Assembly: GCA_012295275.1 (NCBI GenBank)
Contig: CM022671.1
Location: forward strand, 24,242,001-24,306,000
DNA length: 64,000 nt
DNA from: Chrysomallon squamiferum
Taxonomy: Eukaryota; Animalia; Mollusca
Reading direction: 5' to 3'
Part shown: positions 19,959 through 33,403 of the stretch, in pieces
Numbering within the stretch: the stretch's first letter is position 1
Layout: each line of letters begins with the position of its first letter
The notes under the pieces: generated by a model
What the model was told of the DNA's origin: nothing
The model's input: only the letters and a program-made list of their open reading frames with translations
Databases searched by the model: none
Translations under genes and position numbers: made by a program

Positions 19959-21656
19959 TTATAAAAAGAAACTAGCGATGTGGAGGAATGGCATACAATT
20001 TGCTGACTTCATAATTAATAAAATTACTGAAAATAATCTATTCTTGGATTTGGTTATAATTATTTGTTTCAAATCATAATTTAAAATTATATACTTAGTA
20101 TGGTAATGATAACCTTTTAGTCTCAGTATTTCATTTTTTTTTTTTTTTTTTTTTATTTTTATTTTTTTCAGTTGTATTCATTCCATTTTGAAGATCATAA
20201 GAATTTATTTGAGAAACACAATAAATGAAATTATTTTCACACCAGCTTGTAGCGATTGATAATTAGCCTATTTTGTTTCGGTTAAATGACTAACATTAGT
20301 TACTTTAAAATATTCCTAAATTTGTGATCGAAACAAAATTGCCGCTGGACTTAAATTTGTAATGATTAATCTTAAAAAATTATAAATTATAATATTTTAA
20401 CATGAAATTTTGTAACAATTATTAAGAAATGTTTGTGGGTTTTTTTTGTTGTTTTTTTAAATATCGTCCAGCCTAAGGCATTTTGTGACCCCTGTTTCAA
20501 CAATGGCTGTTTAGTAGAGAGAAGCTTTTACCCAAAGCGAAGTACAGTTTGATCCAATATCCATCATAACTAATTTCCAAACTGCCATTAGGTGAAATAA
20601 TTTGATAAATATTTCTTGTTTCAAACGGTAACCGAATAACTGTTTTTGTTGTTGTTGTTGTTGTTGTCTTTTTATGCGAAGTTAGAAAGATAAAATCTGC
20701 GAAAATCTGACGTCACAGAATGATGAATATACTTATAAAATTTAAATTAGAATAGTGATACTGATGATCAAATTCGGCGTTATCATATAAAGAACATTCT
20801 AAGAATATATTATTATTTCTCTACTGCAACAGATAGTTCTATATTTAATACGTTAATCCAATTCTTAATACATACTGTCTTTAATGATGATGTTGTAAAA
20901 ATGATGATGCTGATGACGATGATTATTATAATAAAAATTATGATGATGACCATGATGATTGTAATTATAATAATAAATTTGGACAATGTTGATGGTGATT
21001 ATCAAGCATTCCGAAGCTTAACAACTGCAATCGATTATTTCAGAAATAACCGTAGACCAAACTCAACTGCATTACTTTATTTAATGCATTGTTTAGAGCT
21101 TAATTTAAACTTACCGTTTTGAAGTCGTGGAACGTCAGCGCTGGCCGTACGTGACGTTGTAGGAGAGACCTGTCTGAGGACGCCATCACCACAGTCTGAA
21201 GTAACACATTGACAGTCGCTGATTCGTGTATCATCATGTCTCCTAGGTTACGAATCCAGCTGAACGTGTGGTTTGAGAAGCGATTCTGAAATTAAAAGTA
21301 ATTCATTATATCCAGCTTTCTTGTACCCAAGTGAAATTACATATAATTACTTTCCCTAAGTGAATCAATACAGAATTTTTTTGTTTGTTTTGGTCAGTAA
21401 TAATAATAATAATAATAATAATAATATTGTTGTTGTTGTTGTTGTCATTGCCACTGATACTAATTTGATACTGTTATTATTACTAAATATTCAGATATCA
21501 ATTTATATATCTATATAAAACAAACAATGTGTTAACTCAACGTACCTCTACAGGTTTTACTTCTGCACGTCTTTGACTGTATTTTCTTATTTTCATTGGC
21601 TGAACATATCCCATGACCAGCATAATGACGATAATAAATTCAAAATGTCCTGCCAT
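18815..21656 (-). CDS. Secreted BRICHOS-like domain protein, 250 aa, 5 exons (no Gly-rich insert)
   Basis: Exons 21656-21546, 21285-21115, 19901-19752, 19526-19370, 18978-18815 join in frame. Hydrophobic N-terminus MAGHFEFIIVIMLVMGYVQP; TFHDFKTGLVAIK...STCYIVP...RACRMSAII fits the BRICHOS Asp plus two-Cys pattern; C-terminal VTVMSVWGAIVIR. The gene model is firm, the family name is inferred. Confidence 0.75.
20462..20635 (+). repeat. Inverted diverged duplicate of exon 4 and adjacent intron (19325-19510) within intron 2 of the same gene
   Basis: Plus strand TATCGTCCAGCCTAAGGCATTTTGTGACCCCTG...GCCATTAGGTGAAATAATTTGATAAATATTT aligns to minus-strand exon 4 TATCGTCCAGCCCTCGGCATTTTGTGACTTCTG...GCCGTCAGGTAAATAGATTGATAAATATTT. 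Confidence 0.85.
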
Positions 21657-22096
21657 ATTCTAACGATGATGATGTTGATAATACTGTTGCCGGCGTTGTT
21701 GTAGTATCTGTAGTAATTTTTCTTTTCTTGCCTTTGTTTATTCTTTTCCTCTGAGAAGCAGCAAAATTGTTTCGTTTTTCTTCTTGTTATTATTAAATAG
21801 CGTTTGTTTATCGCAGCTACAGTATACTTTTCTAATTGTCGATTAACACAGAAACGAAATATATATAGTGCTTTTATTTGTCTAATTATTTAACTGATTC
21901 ACTTTCCAATCAAAACAAAAGCGTCAGTAATCATTTATCTCATCGTCATTTCATTGTAACAAGAGACAACATTCACTCTATGCAGTTTGTTAAACACACA
22001 ATATATTACTTATAATAATAAAACAAAAAAATCTATTTGTCTTTTAATACATCTCAGAGATTATCGGCTTCTCGCACGCTTTGTTGATGATGTGAA

Positions 22097-22160
22097 CACA
22101 GTTAATACACCTCACAGTTAATACACCTCACAGTTCATACACCTCACAGTTCATACACCT
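22097..22160. repeat. 16-bp minisatellite x4 (CACAGTT[A/C]ATACACCT)
   Basis: Four direct tandem units visible upstream of the BRICHOS-like gene. Confidence 0.9.
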
Positions 22161-22688
22161 CTGACATTCAGCTTGGTACTGGAGTTTTAATATGTTGTTA
22201 GATGAGTCTTTTAATTAACTGAGCTTTCTTAACAGCTCATTAATAACAAGCATGTTGTGTTAGGTGTTAACTGAATAAGCTTGCCAGAAGATAACTTTTT
22301 CAGTAAAGGCGAAAGATGAACAAACTAAAATAAATACGACAAGTTGGTTTGTTGGAGAATGAAGTCACAGACTACGTAAAACAGATGACAAAAATGTAAA
22401 TGACTTATTGAGTTTTAATTATGGCTGATATATATATATATATATATATATATTTTACGTTATAATATAAATTATTAAAGTAAAATGTAGTAACAGCGAA
22501 TAAACAACTAATAATAAATACATTTTAAATATGTAAAAAAAAAAAAAAAAATACTTAAAAGTTTCTAAGAGGATTTTTTGCCTTTATGATGACAATATTT
22601 GCTATCCTGTTTTAGTTTTTCTTCTGTTCCGAAAGCAAATGAAACATAACTCTTAAAACGACCAAAACATGTTATATTTTGATATACG

Positions 22689-22731
<43 letters not shown>

Positions 22732-23359
22732 TGTCTTGTATAATCAAATAATATTTGTAGTTATAAAGATTTGATATTTTACATCTGCTTTTAAAATGTT
22801 ATGATTAGAAAATCCAAGTTAATTACGTTTCTATATTTAAAAAATCTATAAATAAATAAATAAATAAATAAAAATAAATAAAATTAACAAGACGATTTAG
22901 CTGACTTATCATTATCATTGTTTCATGCATAAAAAAGCTAATACTGTTAACTTACAAAAACTCATGTTTTTTATCAATTTATTTCAGGTATAGCTATGAT
23001 CCTGCTTTATGTTCCACACGATGCTGTATCAGAAAGTGAATAAAACAAACAAACAAAAAACCCTAACAAAACAACAGTGTCAAATATAGCTACAGTATTT
23101 ATACTCGTATAATCCCTTGATATGTGATTTACATTTCTAGATCTTGTGTTCTAATGTTTACGGTTGCTGCCACTCAGAACAGCGCTCTACAACTGCCGTA
23201 TAGACTCAATACAGTGTGAACCTATGTAATATTTTTTAAAGTAATAATATGCGTTATATATCTTCTATTTTGTTACTATATTTCCGTTTCTGTATTTTTG
23301 CCGTGGCGAGTGAACAGCAGATAGACAATGACTATAATATATAAATCTGAAAGTTGACA

Positions 23360-23394
23360 TAATAATAAAAATAATAAAAATAATAACAATAACG

Positions 23395-23452
<58 letters not shown>

Positions 23453-23501
23453 TAACAATAACGATAACGATAATAATAATAACAATAATAACAATAACGA
23501 C

Positions 23502-23532
<31 letters not shown>

Positions 23533-23555
23533 CAATAATAATAACAACAATAACG

Positions 23556-23600
<45 letters not shown>
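23360..23600. repeat. Long imperfect (AAT)n/(AAC)n microsatellite
   Basis: Trinucleotide run; source of the poly-Leu/poly-Tyr ORFs. Confidence 0.95.
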
Positions 23601-24229
23601 GTTATTATTATTATAAATGGTTAGTGTCTAATGATATCAGCCTTCTCCAGCGAAGATTAAAATGCTTCACTATAATTACGATTCGATTTTGTGTTTCAAG
23701 ACGTAAACCAGCAGTTAAATAAACATTTAAAAAAGTAACTGAACAAATATATACACAAATGTAAATAACAAGTAATTTATCGGAGTTAATACAGTTCTGT
23801 CCGAAAAAGCTATATTTTGGGTCAGTGACCGACAGACATTTATTTGGTCGATATATTTTGCCGCTACGTACAACTTTACATTTGCTTCTGCTTGGAATTA
23901 GATCAGTTATTTTCTATTTCATACGGACATACAATAACAAAGATAAAGACACGCTAAACTGGTTTATTAATAAAAGGTACAAATATAATTAATGGGCAAT
24001 GTTCACAGCACAGATTTCTTTCTCTGAATTATTGCACCTATGAAAATTTGTTTGGGAAGGGAAGGGAATGGAATTTTGAGGAGATCAGAATGGATAAAGT
24101 ATCATAAAGGACTAACGGTGAATTAATCAAGGCAGTCAGTTTGTTAAACAGGTCTTAAATCTGACCATCTGAAACATATGCAACAGGTCACACTATTTTA
24201 CAATAAGATGTGGATAGTCTCCGATTCGT

Positions 24230-24514
24230 TCAGCTGACAGTCAATTTGTGGCTGTTACCTATTTGCAAAGTGTAGAAATTATGTCCAGTTAGTGAAATAA
24301 AATTTAGTGCTGTTTACAATCGTGTATATATAACAACTAGCTAAAAACATTAATCGGTCATCACTTACTATTAGACTCGCACTCTTTTAACTGAGCCCGT
24401 AGGAGTTTGTTCTGTCTTTGCAGTCTTCTGATTCTAAAGAAACAAACAAAACAAGAACATAATAGGAAATCAAAACAAAATACAAAGATATATTATGATA
24501 AAAAGAGGCTGGCA

Positions 24515-24613
<99 letters not shown>

Positions 24614-24814
24614 AAAACTAAACCAAACACAAAAGATAGAACAGTGATGATGATAATAACAATACTACTACTACTACTACTACTAATAATAATAATAATA
24701 ATAATAATAATGAATGTACCTGCGACGTAAAGTTCTTATTTGTGATGTCTTGTGACGTCCAATGGTGACAACGAAACAGACGGCCAGTACTAGTAAAATG
24801 AGAGTGAACTTCAT
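24230..24814 (-). CDS. Secreted cationic leucine-zipper micropeptide, 62 aa, 3 exons
   Basis: Exons 24814-24720, 24433-24369, 24258-24230 (phases 2 and 1, GT-AG) give [69 protein letters not shown] at ~24867-24861 upstream; AATAAA at ~23968-23963 downstream. Confidence 0.75.
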
Positions 24815-25151
24815 CTTTGTTGTTTTCTTCTTACTAAAGCACGATGTTTGTATCTCTTTATTTTATAACTATTGTAACACGCGTGGGTGACTGACAAAAT
24901 CACCCCGTGGATAAACGCTTTGTTATTTGCACTGTTGTTTTAAATTGTTTATTGATTCTGTGTTATAATTAACATATAACACGTGTCTCTATCACCTGTT
25001 TATGTGGTCAGACAAAATCTAATAAATATACTGATGCAAATAAGAAACAGTCAGTTTAAGCTTTTAGTTTAGTGACAGTTTTCTTTTATTTGTTTGTTTA
25101 AAGAAAGTTAATTAATTTATTTATTCGTTTATTATCATAATCCTCCTCCTC

Positions 25152-25215
<64 letters not shown>

Positions 25216-25798
25216 ATACTAGTAAAAGCAGTGGTATTAGTATTAGTATTAGTAGGGGTAGGAGTAATATTGTAATAGTAGTATCATCAACAACAGCAAC
25301 AATAACAGAAGTGGTAGAAATAGTAGTAAGAGTTGTAGCAGGAGAAGTAGTAGTAGTTGAGAAAGTAGCAGTTGTAGTAGTAGTAGTAGTAATAATAACA
25401 GCAGCAGTAGTAGAATTAGTAGTAGTAGTAGCAGAAATAAATGAATAAATGAACGATTGTTTATTGTTATGTGTTTTTCCATATCTTTGCGCATATTTTT
25501 TTTATTTGATTTTTATGGCGTACTTAACATGCATGAGTTTGAGACAAACCTGATTCACAGAATACAGAATTATTTTAGAACTTACTAATGTCAGCTACAG
25601 CTGTCGATGTCTGAACACCTGAAGTCCGACAATAAAAATTATTTTCGAATCATTAACCAAATATTATTTATTTACTGTCACTTATGGGCAATCGTGACAT
25701 AAATATATATGGGATTGTGCGTTTTTATATATATATATATAGTATGTTCGTGTGTGTGTTTGTTCATGAGTGCATGTGTGTGCATGCTGCATGTATGT

Positions 25799-25857
<59 letters not shown>

Positions 25858-27062
25858 CATACATACACACACACATATATATTTGGGGGTACATGTACTT
25901 TTTGTAAAAACAAATTCACGGTAGATAACAAATGTTGAAATGTGGCTGATCTGATGAAATCCTGTCATTCACGCTGTTTGTCATCGACCCAACCGAACTG
26001 AACACTCAGGGTGAACGTTCGCTTCTCTTCTTTGAAGTACCGCCGTGTCAGTGTATTGTATCTTCTACAAAAACAAGTATTATCATTTGAATTTGTACAT
26101 AAAGTTCATTGCATTTGTTGTTTTTGTTGTTATTGTTATTGTTATCATTTTTGTTATTATTACTATTATTTCTACTACTGCTGTTATGACTAAGATTACG
26201 ACTACATTTGGAACTTACCAACTTTCTCAACTACTAACTCAGTTCAGATATTATTCGAAATTAGAATGACAATTAAATATAAAGCGATTTATTTATTTAT
26301 TTGTTTTGTTTTATTTTATTTTATTTTATTTTATTTTATTTTATTTTATTTTATTTTATTTTAGATTGTCTTATTTATTAATTTACTTATTTATTTATTT
26401 TTCAGTTAGTGCATTATGTATTAGAGAGAGAGAGACGAGAGAGAGAGAGTGGAAGACCACCGTTTCTGTTTTCATCCACGTTGTTTTGTGGTTTTTGTTG
26501 CTAAGGTATTTAATGCTATATTCAGATATAATAATGAAAATAATAATAATAATAATAATAACATTCTAATCAAATTAGTGCCAGTAGTACTTTAAAATAG
26601 CCGTAAAGAAAAAGGAAACCAAAAAAAAAAGAGAAAACAAAATATAATAAAATGGCCACCACATTAAAGAAGCATATTATGGATAGTACATATGTTGCAA
26701 GTAGAAAGCAAGGTTAGGCGACATCTGGCAAGTAACTTTTTTTCTTGTTTGGAAAACACTATTATATACTGTCTGAAATAATTTATTGTAAAAAGTACAA
26801 AATACAAATTAACAGCCGGCTGATTTATCTTGAGTGTTTATTGTCTATTTTCCTGTTTGTGGATATGTGTAAATGTACATGAACATGTAAATGTATGTTT
26901 TTAACATGTGTTTGTGTCAGTGTGTATGTATGTGTAGACACACACATAAACATGTCTATATATACACTTAGACGGTCACCTTAACTTTGGTTTGTGTGTT
27001 TTATGTAAAAATGATTTGTCTGCTTGCTTGCCTATTTTCGTGGTATGCATGTGTATATACAT

Positions 27063-27168
<106 letters not shown>

Positions 27169-28548
27169 GACACACACACACACGACACATATTTATTTAT
27201 TTATATTCTAGCGATCTGTGGAAAATCATTCATGCTAATTTGACATTAACCCAACATCCAGATGCAAACACGACGACACGTCATTCATTAGTTTGACGAA
27301 GTGTTAATGTTGTAGCTGGAAGCTCGGTCTCTGCCCAGTTTTCAGTGTCAAATGTAAGTTAGCTCCAGGCCAGCGACTGTCAAACGAAACTGCAAGAACC
27401 ATAAAATGTATGCATTTAAATCACACCTTTTGTGAATACCTTGAGTTTGCCATTGTTTGTGTTTTTATTTTCTAATTAAAACTGACTTTAATTACACAGA
27501 CATGCATACAGAGACACATGCATAGATTAATATGCCTGTTTACCTATATACTTACATAGATGCATATATATTTTTTATTGTATACATATTTTAAACAGAC
27601 TATTTCTGTCTAATGTAAGTCAATGTGTCGAAAGGCATAAAGCCAATAAAAATACAATACCAATCCTAGATACATACATAGGCATATTATATATTATTAT
27701 ATTAGACTAAATACAGTAACCATTAGGTATTTCATAGTAAAACTAATTTTATTTTTATTCTCGATATTTTTGGTTTTGTAGTCTTCCAGTCTATTACTAT
27801 TATTTTGTTTTATCTTTGTCCAGTATTCATTCTTCAGTTCTTCTAAGACTAATTTACACGTTATAGTTCAGTGCATCGTGTCAGTGTCATACACTTTCGA
27901 GTTTTTATCCTGAAATTGCATTCACTTTAAGGGGTTTCAGTGTTTCGTAATTGTCTTTAGATTTATTAACAATATTACCTTTATAATAATACTTCTTTAC
28001 GTCAGTTACATGTATCAAGAGAGAGGATATAGCATGCTATTTCAAATTAAGTACGAGTTAACTTTTTTTATATAAGAAGTATTTCATTTCAATTATTGTA
28101 TAACTACAATGCTTCATTTTCTGTATAAAACACTTCCAGACTAATTCATGATGTTCGCCCTAGAGCGTACGTTTTCTATCAATAGATACAACAACAACAA
28201 AAAACAACAATAATGATCATCATCATCATCATCATGATCACATAAAAAAAACAAGTCAATAAAATATAATTATATGCTTTATTGAGTAATTCAGCCTTAT
28301 CACTAATGGTTTACCTATCAAAATGCAACGAGCACTAATACAACTTATTAAAATATTGGATTTCTAATTTCAACGTTGTTTTCGTCAGCGTTAGTGTGCT
28401 TGTATGCATTTGCCGTATTTATATATAAAAATAAAAAAAAAAAATTTTTTTTTTTTTTTTTTTATATATTAAACAAGTCTTTTTAGGAATTCAAGCGTTT
28501 TTTGAAAGCCAAATCATCTTGAGCCAACTTAGAAAACCGGATTCCTGA

Positions 28549-29406
28549 TCAAGCGGTTTTGATTCTGATTTTAAGGTGTCCCCAAACGCTAACAGCATTG
28601 ATCATCTTGTCGATGTTTGCATCGTTACCTGGGAAAAGAGAAAATAAACCGGTTTTAAAAAATCATTAAATTGTACAATAAAATAAAATAAAATAAAGTA
28701 AAATAAAGCATTTGACGAAAGAGTCATATGATGGGTTGTCAGCTGAAACGAAAGGCAACCACATAAGAGCACCAACCATGTTTCAGGCCATCATTGTAAT
28801 CTGTGAACTTTAAATAAATTAGTTGTCTGAGTTATACATTACAGTTTATCTTGATGTTTTTTCTCGTGTTACAGCTAAGTCAGGAAACAAATATGTCTTA
28901 CCTGTAGTAACAGTCTGTGCATCGAATATCTGTCTTTGTCCACAGAATGTAGCAAGATCGGCGTGTTCGATAACAAAGTTAGTTTTCATGTCTGAAGTCA
29001 TGGGAAACATGTCGGTCACGTAGTCCAGAATTTCTGCACCAATGACAAACTTTCCGGTAGCCTGAGAAGTCAAAAAGAAATGTTTAAAAAAAAAAAAACG
29101 TTATTTTATTCTACGTAACTAAGCCAAAAAAAATACTGGACACATTAAAGTAATACTTTGATCCATTGTCTGAAAGGGACTAAAAGTGTAAATAGAAATT
29201 ATAAAGTATTTTTGAAAGATGAGATTGCATACTTTTCACATTTATAAGCCTAGATTTCTTATGTTAGCTACTTACAGTTTTGTGTTTAAATCATTAATTA
29301 ACCGAACTAATGTAACTAAATTATTTATTTATCCTTTTTCAGTTTTGACAATACTGGGCACCAAACTTTTAAATTAAAAAAATAATAATAATTAATATTT
29401 TTGTAT

Positions 29407-29492
<86 letters not shown>

Positions 29493-30365
29493 TTTATTTT
29501 AATAGTAATATTTTCACCATAACAGCAGTTAGTGGGCATCGTAAACATAAATTAAGCATTTGTTATGAAAATAATAATAATAATAAGTTACCATACTTAC
29601 ATTGTTATCAGACAGTTTGCTGACAGTTTCAGTGTACGTCATCTGAGCAGGAATGATGTAGCAAGGTTCTGTTCCACGATTGAACCCAAAACCTCTTCCA
29701 CGTCCTTGACCTAGACCACGTCCCTGACCTAGACCACGTCCTTGACCTAGACCACGTCCTTGACCTAGTCCATGTCCATGACCTGGTCCATGTCCTTGAC
29801 CTCTACCACGCCCATGATCTAGTCCACGTCCTTGAGCCGCACCACGCCCTTGACCTGTACTGCGTCCTTGACCTCCTCTTCCTCCTTGTCCCTGAAATCG
29901 TCCTGCAAATCGCCCCCCAAATCGTCCCGAAAATCGTCCTCTTCCTGTTCCAAACCCTAATGGTGTTGGTGGCTGATCCACGACATCAATAAGACCGGAC
30001 TGGTTGTTGTTAATGGCTGGTGCCTGAAGTTTCGTCCTGGGTGAGAAGAAAGGTCTGTGCCTAGGATTCCTCTGTCGTCTTTGGATTGGAATAACTGCAA
30101 CCAGTCCCTGTGGATGGTATATAAATATTACTGAGTGTATTTTGTAAATGTTTACACATATACTTCATTTTTTTTTAATTTCAATAGCAAAAATCGTAAA
30201 TATTTTATTGGCATTTTTTTCTACATGTTACACCAGTTTCGTAAGTGAATGGTGATTTGTTGTATCTTCCGCGTGTAGTTATTAATGATTAAAGATATAT
30301 TCAATTAGGATAAAATGTTGAGAAAACAAATAATTCAGTTATGATACTAAATTTATTTAATACCT

Positions 30366-30401
<36 letters not shown>

Positions 30402-31383
30402 TTTGTTTATTTGTTTATTTATTTATGTAGTTAGTTATTTAAGGGACAAGATATTTATTTCATACACATTTACAAACGTTAAATTAAACCTTTATTCATT
30501 CGCCATCCATTAAAATCGGCAGAGAGTTGTTCATCATTTTGTATAACTATTTATATCAGTTATTTAACTTACTGCATTGTCTTGCATCATTATCGTTGAG
30601 TTGTAGCCAGCATTTGCAAGTGCGATGTCAGCGGACCAAAAGTTGATAGTTAGGCTGTCCGGGTTAGCGTGTGCTCTTTGCTGTACTTCAGTTTTGGCCT
30701 GGTCGTCAAGAACTAAGGTCCATCTGTACGCGTTTTTTAATCGTTCTTCCTATAAGAAAGAATGAAATGAATCGTAACATTCACACCGTCAATAATAATT
30801 ACTATTTCCATTGTACTGTTTGTTACCTTTAGCACCACCAATATTAATGATCCAATAATAATTGTCTTTACCATTATTCTACCAGTATTAACAATAAGAC
30901 TACTACTACTACTACTACTATTGCAATCAACGTATCAAAATGAATTTAATTCGTTGTAGATATTGGTTTTTGTTTTACTACTACTATGACTACTACGATT
31001 ACAATTAATAATAATAATAATAATTTATCTGTTGTAACTTTAGATATTTGTTATTTTAATTTTTTTTTTTTTTTTTAAATTAATTCTGAGGCTTCGTTTC
31101 ATAGTTTAGAACATTCGTCGCTTCATTAAAACTGAAGATACAAAGATTAAAGCACGGTCAAGAGTATGATTTTGTAATCATGCAAAAACAAACTAATTAA
31201 AATGAAAGGGTAACCAATGACACACTTCCATAAACATAAATCAGTGATACTTACTCGTCGTTGTTGTCTCAGTTTCTGTCGTTCAGCTCTTAGCTTAGCT
31301 CTTTCTTCCCATCTCTGATTCACGTTCTGTGACAGAACGCATCCTACGAGCAAAATCACTCCGATGATGATGCACAACTTCAT
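28549..31383 (-). CDS. Gly/Arg/Gln-repeat BRICHOS-like secreted protein, copy 1 (350 aa)
   Basis: Exons 31383-31255, 30749-30573, 30107-29601, 29061-28902, 28628-28549 in frame. Signal peptide MKLCIIIGVILLVGCVLS, E/R/K helix, GLVAVIP-[Pro/Arg segment plus GQGRGL/GHG repeats]-PCYIIP, FCGQRQIF, SVWGHLKIR. Confidence 0.85.
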
Positions 31384-31477
31384 AACTGCTTGATCTCTTG
31401 AAGAATGTCTTCGTTTCTTCTTAGACTTCTTCTGTCGTCTGCAAGTTTGATATGAGTTTTATTGAGTAGTCAGCGTT

Positions 31478-31570
31478 ATTTATATACGTGTTCGTGATGG
31501 ATGTTTACAGGTGATTGAACTAGTTTCATTGGCTATGACGCTAGAGGTGTAATTTCTGACGTTGTTTTTA
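31478..31570 (-). promoter_or_regulatory. Conserved proximal promoter of the Gly-repeat genes (also ~37810-37900, ~45320-45410, ~52330-52425)
   Basis: Minus strand: CGTCA half-sites x2, CCAAT, CACCTG overlapping GTAAACA, CACGT(G), then a TATA box ~95-105 nt upstream of the ATG. Near-identical in all four copies. Confidence 0.6.
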
Positions 31571-32102
31571 GTCACGCTTTAGATCATGCGTGTAGATTTT
31601 TAAAATCACTTGGATATTAAATCAGTTGTCGCTCTAATAAATTTGAAAAATTTGACAGATTTATGACTTATTCAATAATAATGCCCGGCCTTAATTTTAT
31701 ATTTCTTTAATACCTTTTTATTTTTATTTTTTATTTTTATTTTTTTGGAAGAGTTGTGGGTGGGACTGTCAAGAACCATTGCGCAGGTTAATACATATTA
31801 TTTTTCGCAAATCACAAAACGATAAAAAAAAGCTGAAACACTGATCAGGAAAAATACAATTAAAGAGAGAGTAGTAATATTAGCAGCAGTCATAAAAATA
31901 CATAAAACGAAATTCACTTTTTATTTAAATTTCTGAAATCAGTCAGTTAAATAACTATGTATTTATCTCTTATTCTAAATCATTCTGCAAACCAAAATAC
32001 CGTGGAGAAGAAATGCACACTATCACGAAAACAAATTAGCATGTCAGAATAAAAGTAAATGACAGTCCATAAAAAGCTATTTTTATAATAACTGCCATTG
32101 TG

Positions 32103-32167
<65 letters not shown>

Positions 32168-33324
32168 ATTTATTAATTATTAGTATAATTTTGCATGCTT
32201 ATTGATCTTTGTAATAGTCATTTGAATATGTTCTGTGTATGTGGAGGGTGTAAGTGAAAGAAAGTTAAATGTATTAATTAATATTTTATCGGTTTACCCT
32301 TATATATTTCAGTTTCATTTATATTTATTATTATTAGTAGTAGTAGTAGTAGTATAATATTACTATCAAATTAATTAATTTTCAAAAGCGTTTTTTTCTT
32401 TTCTTTTCTATTCTTTATTTAATTTTTGCATTTGGTTCATATAGTGTATATATGAGTCTTGTTATTTTTTGGGGGGGGTATATTTATTTAATTTAATTTA
32501 TTTGATGTTTGTTTCTACAATTTTACTTTCTTTTCAGTCTTTATCTAGTATTTTACAATCAATTACTATTACGGCATTCCTTTTTTTTTCTTCCTGTAAT
32601 CTCTTAATCATTGGGATTCTATAATATTCTATAAAAGCTAGAAACTGATTTTACAAATTCATTTGTTTCGAGGACTCATTTGAAAAGCAGAAATTTAAAA
32701 CACAAAAACGTAATTTCTATACACATAATAAAATAAAAAGTGGTTTCTGTCTAAGAAATAAAAGAAAGAAAAAACAAAAGAAAATAAAAGAAAAGAGAAA
32801 TACAATCTTTATTCCTATAAGATAACAGAAATAAAACAATACATTTTTGGATAATGATTTATTTGCATAATAATAATTTTTATTATTTGTATTATTATTT
32901 TAAATATAGCAATATATATATACAAAGTGTAAACAGAGAAAAACCAGTCTTCATGTTCTTATGTTTATACAAGATGAGTTATTGGTTTGCTTACAGGAGG
33001 AATTGTATCTCGTCTGTAGCTACTTTTGAGGCAGATTTCATAACTGTAGCTACTTTTGTTCTTTATGAAAATAGAGACGTAGATTTCATAACAACTTTTT
33101 CAAGGGTTGCGATTCACTGGTTTTTAATATACTCAGTGTTTGCCGCCTATTAGTTTCTGCTGCTAATGTTTGTATTGTCGAGAAAGCAGATAATGCTTAA
33201 AACCTGAGCTCTTAAGAGGGTAACTGCTGTATGTGATTTTTATTGTGAATTTCAGATAGCAGCCGTTCGCTATAGATTTGTAGTTTATTTATTAAAGGTG
33301 AATGAATATTTATGTACTGTAGTT

Positions 33325-33403
<79 letters not shown>

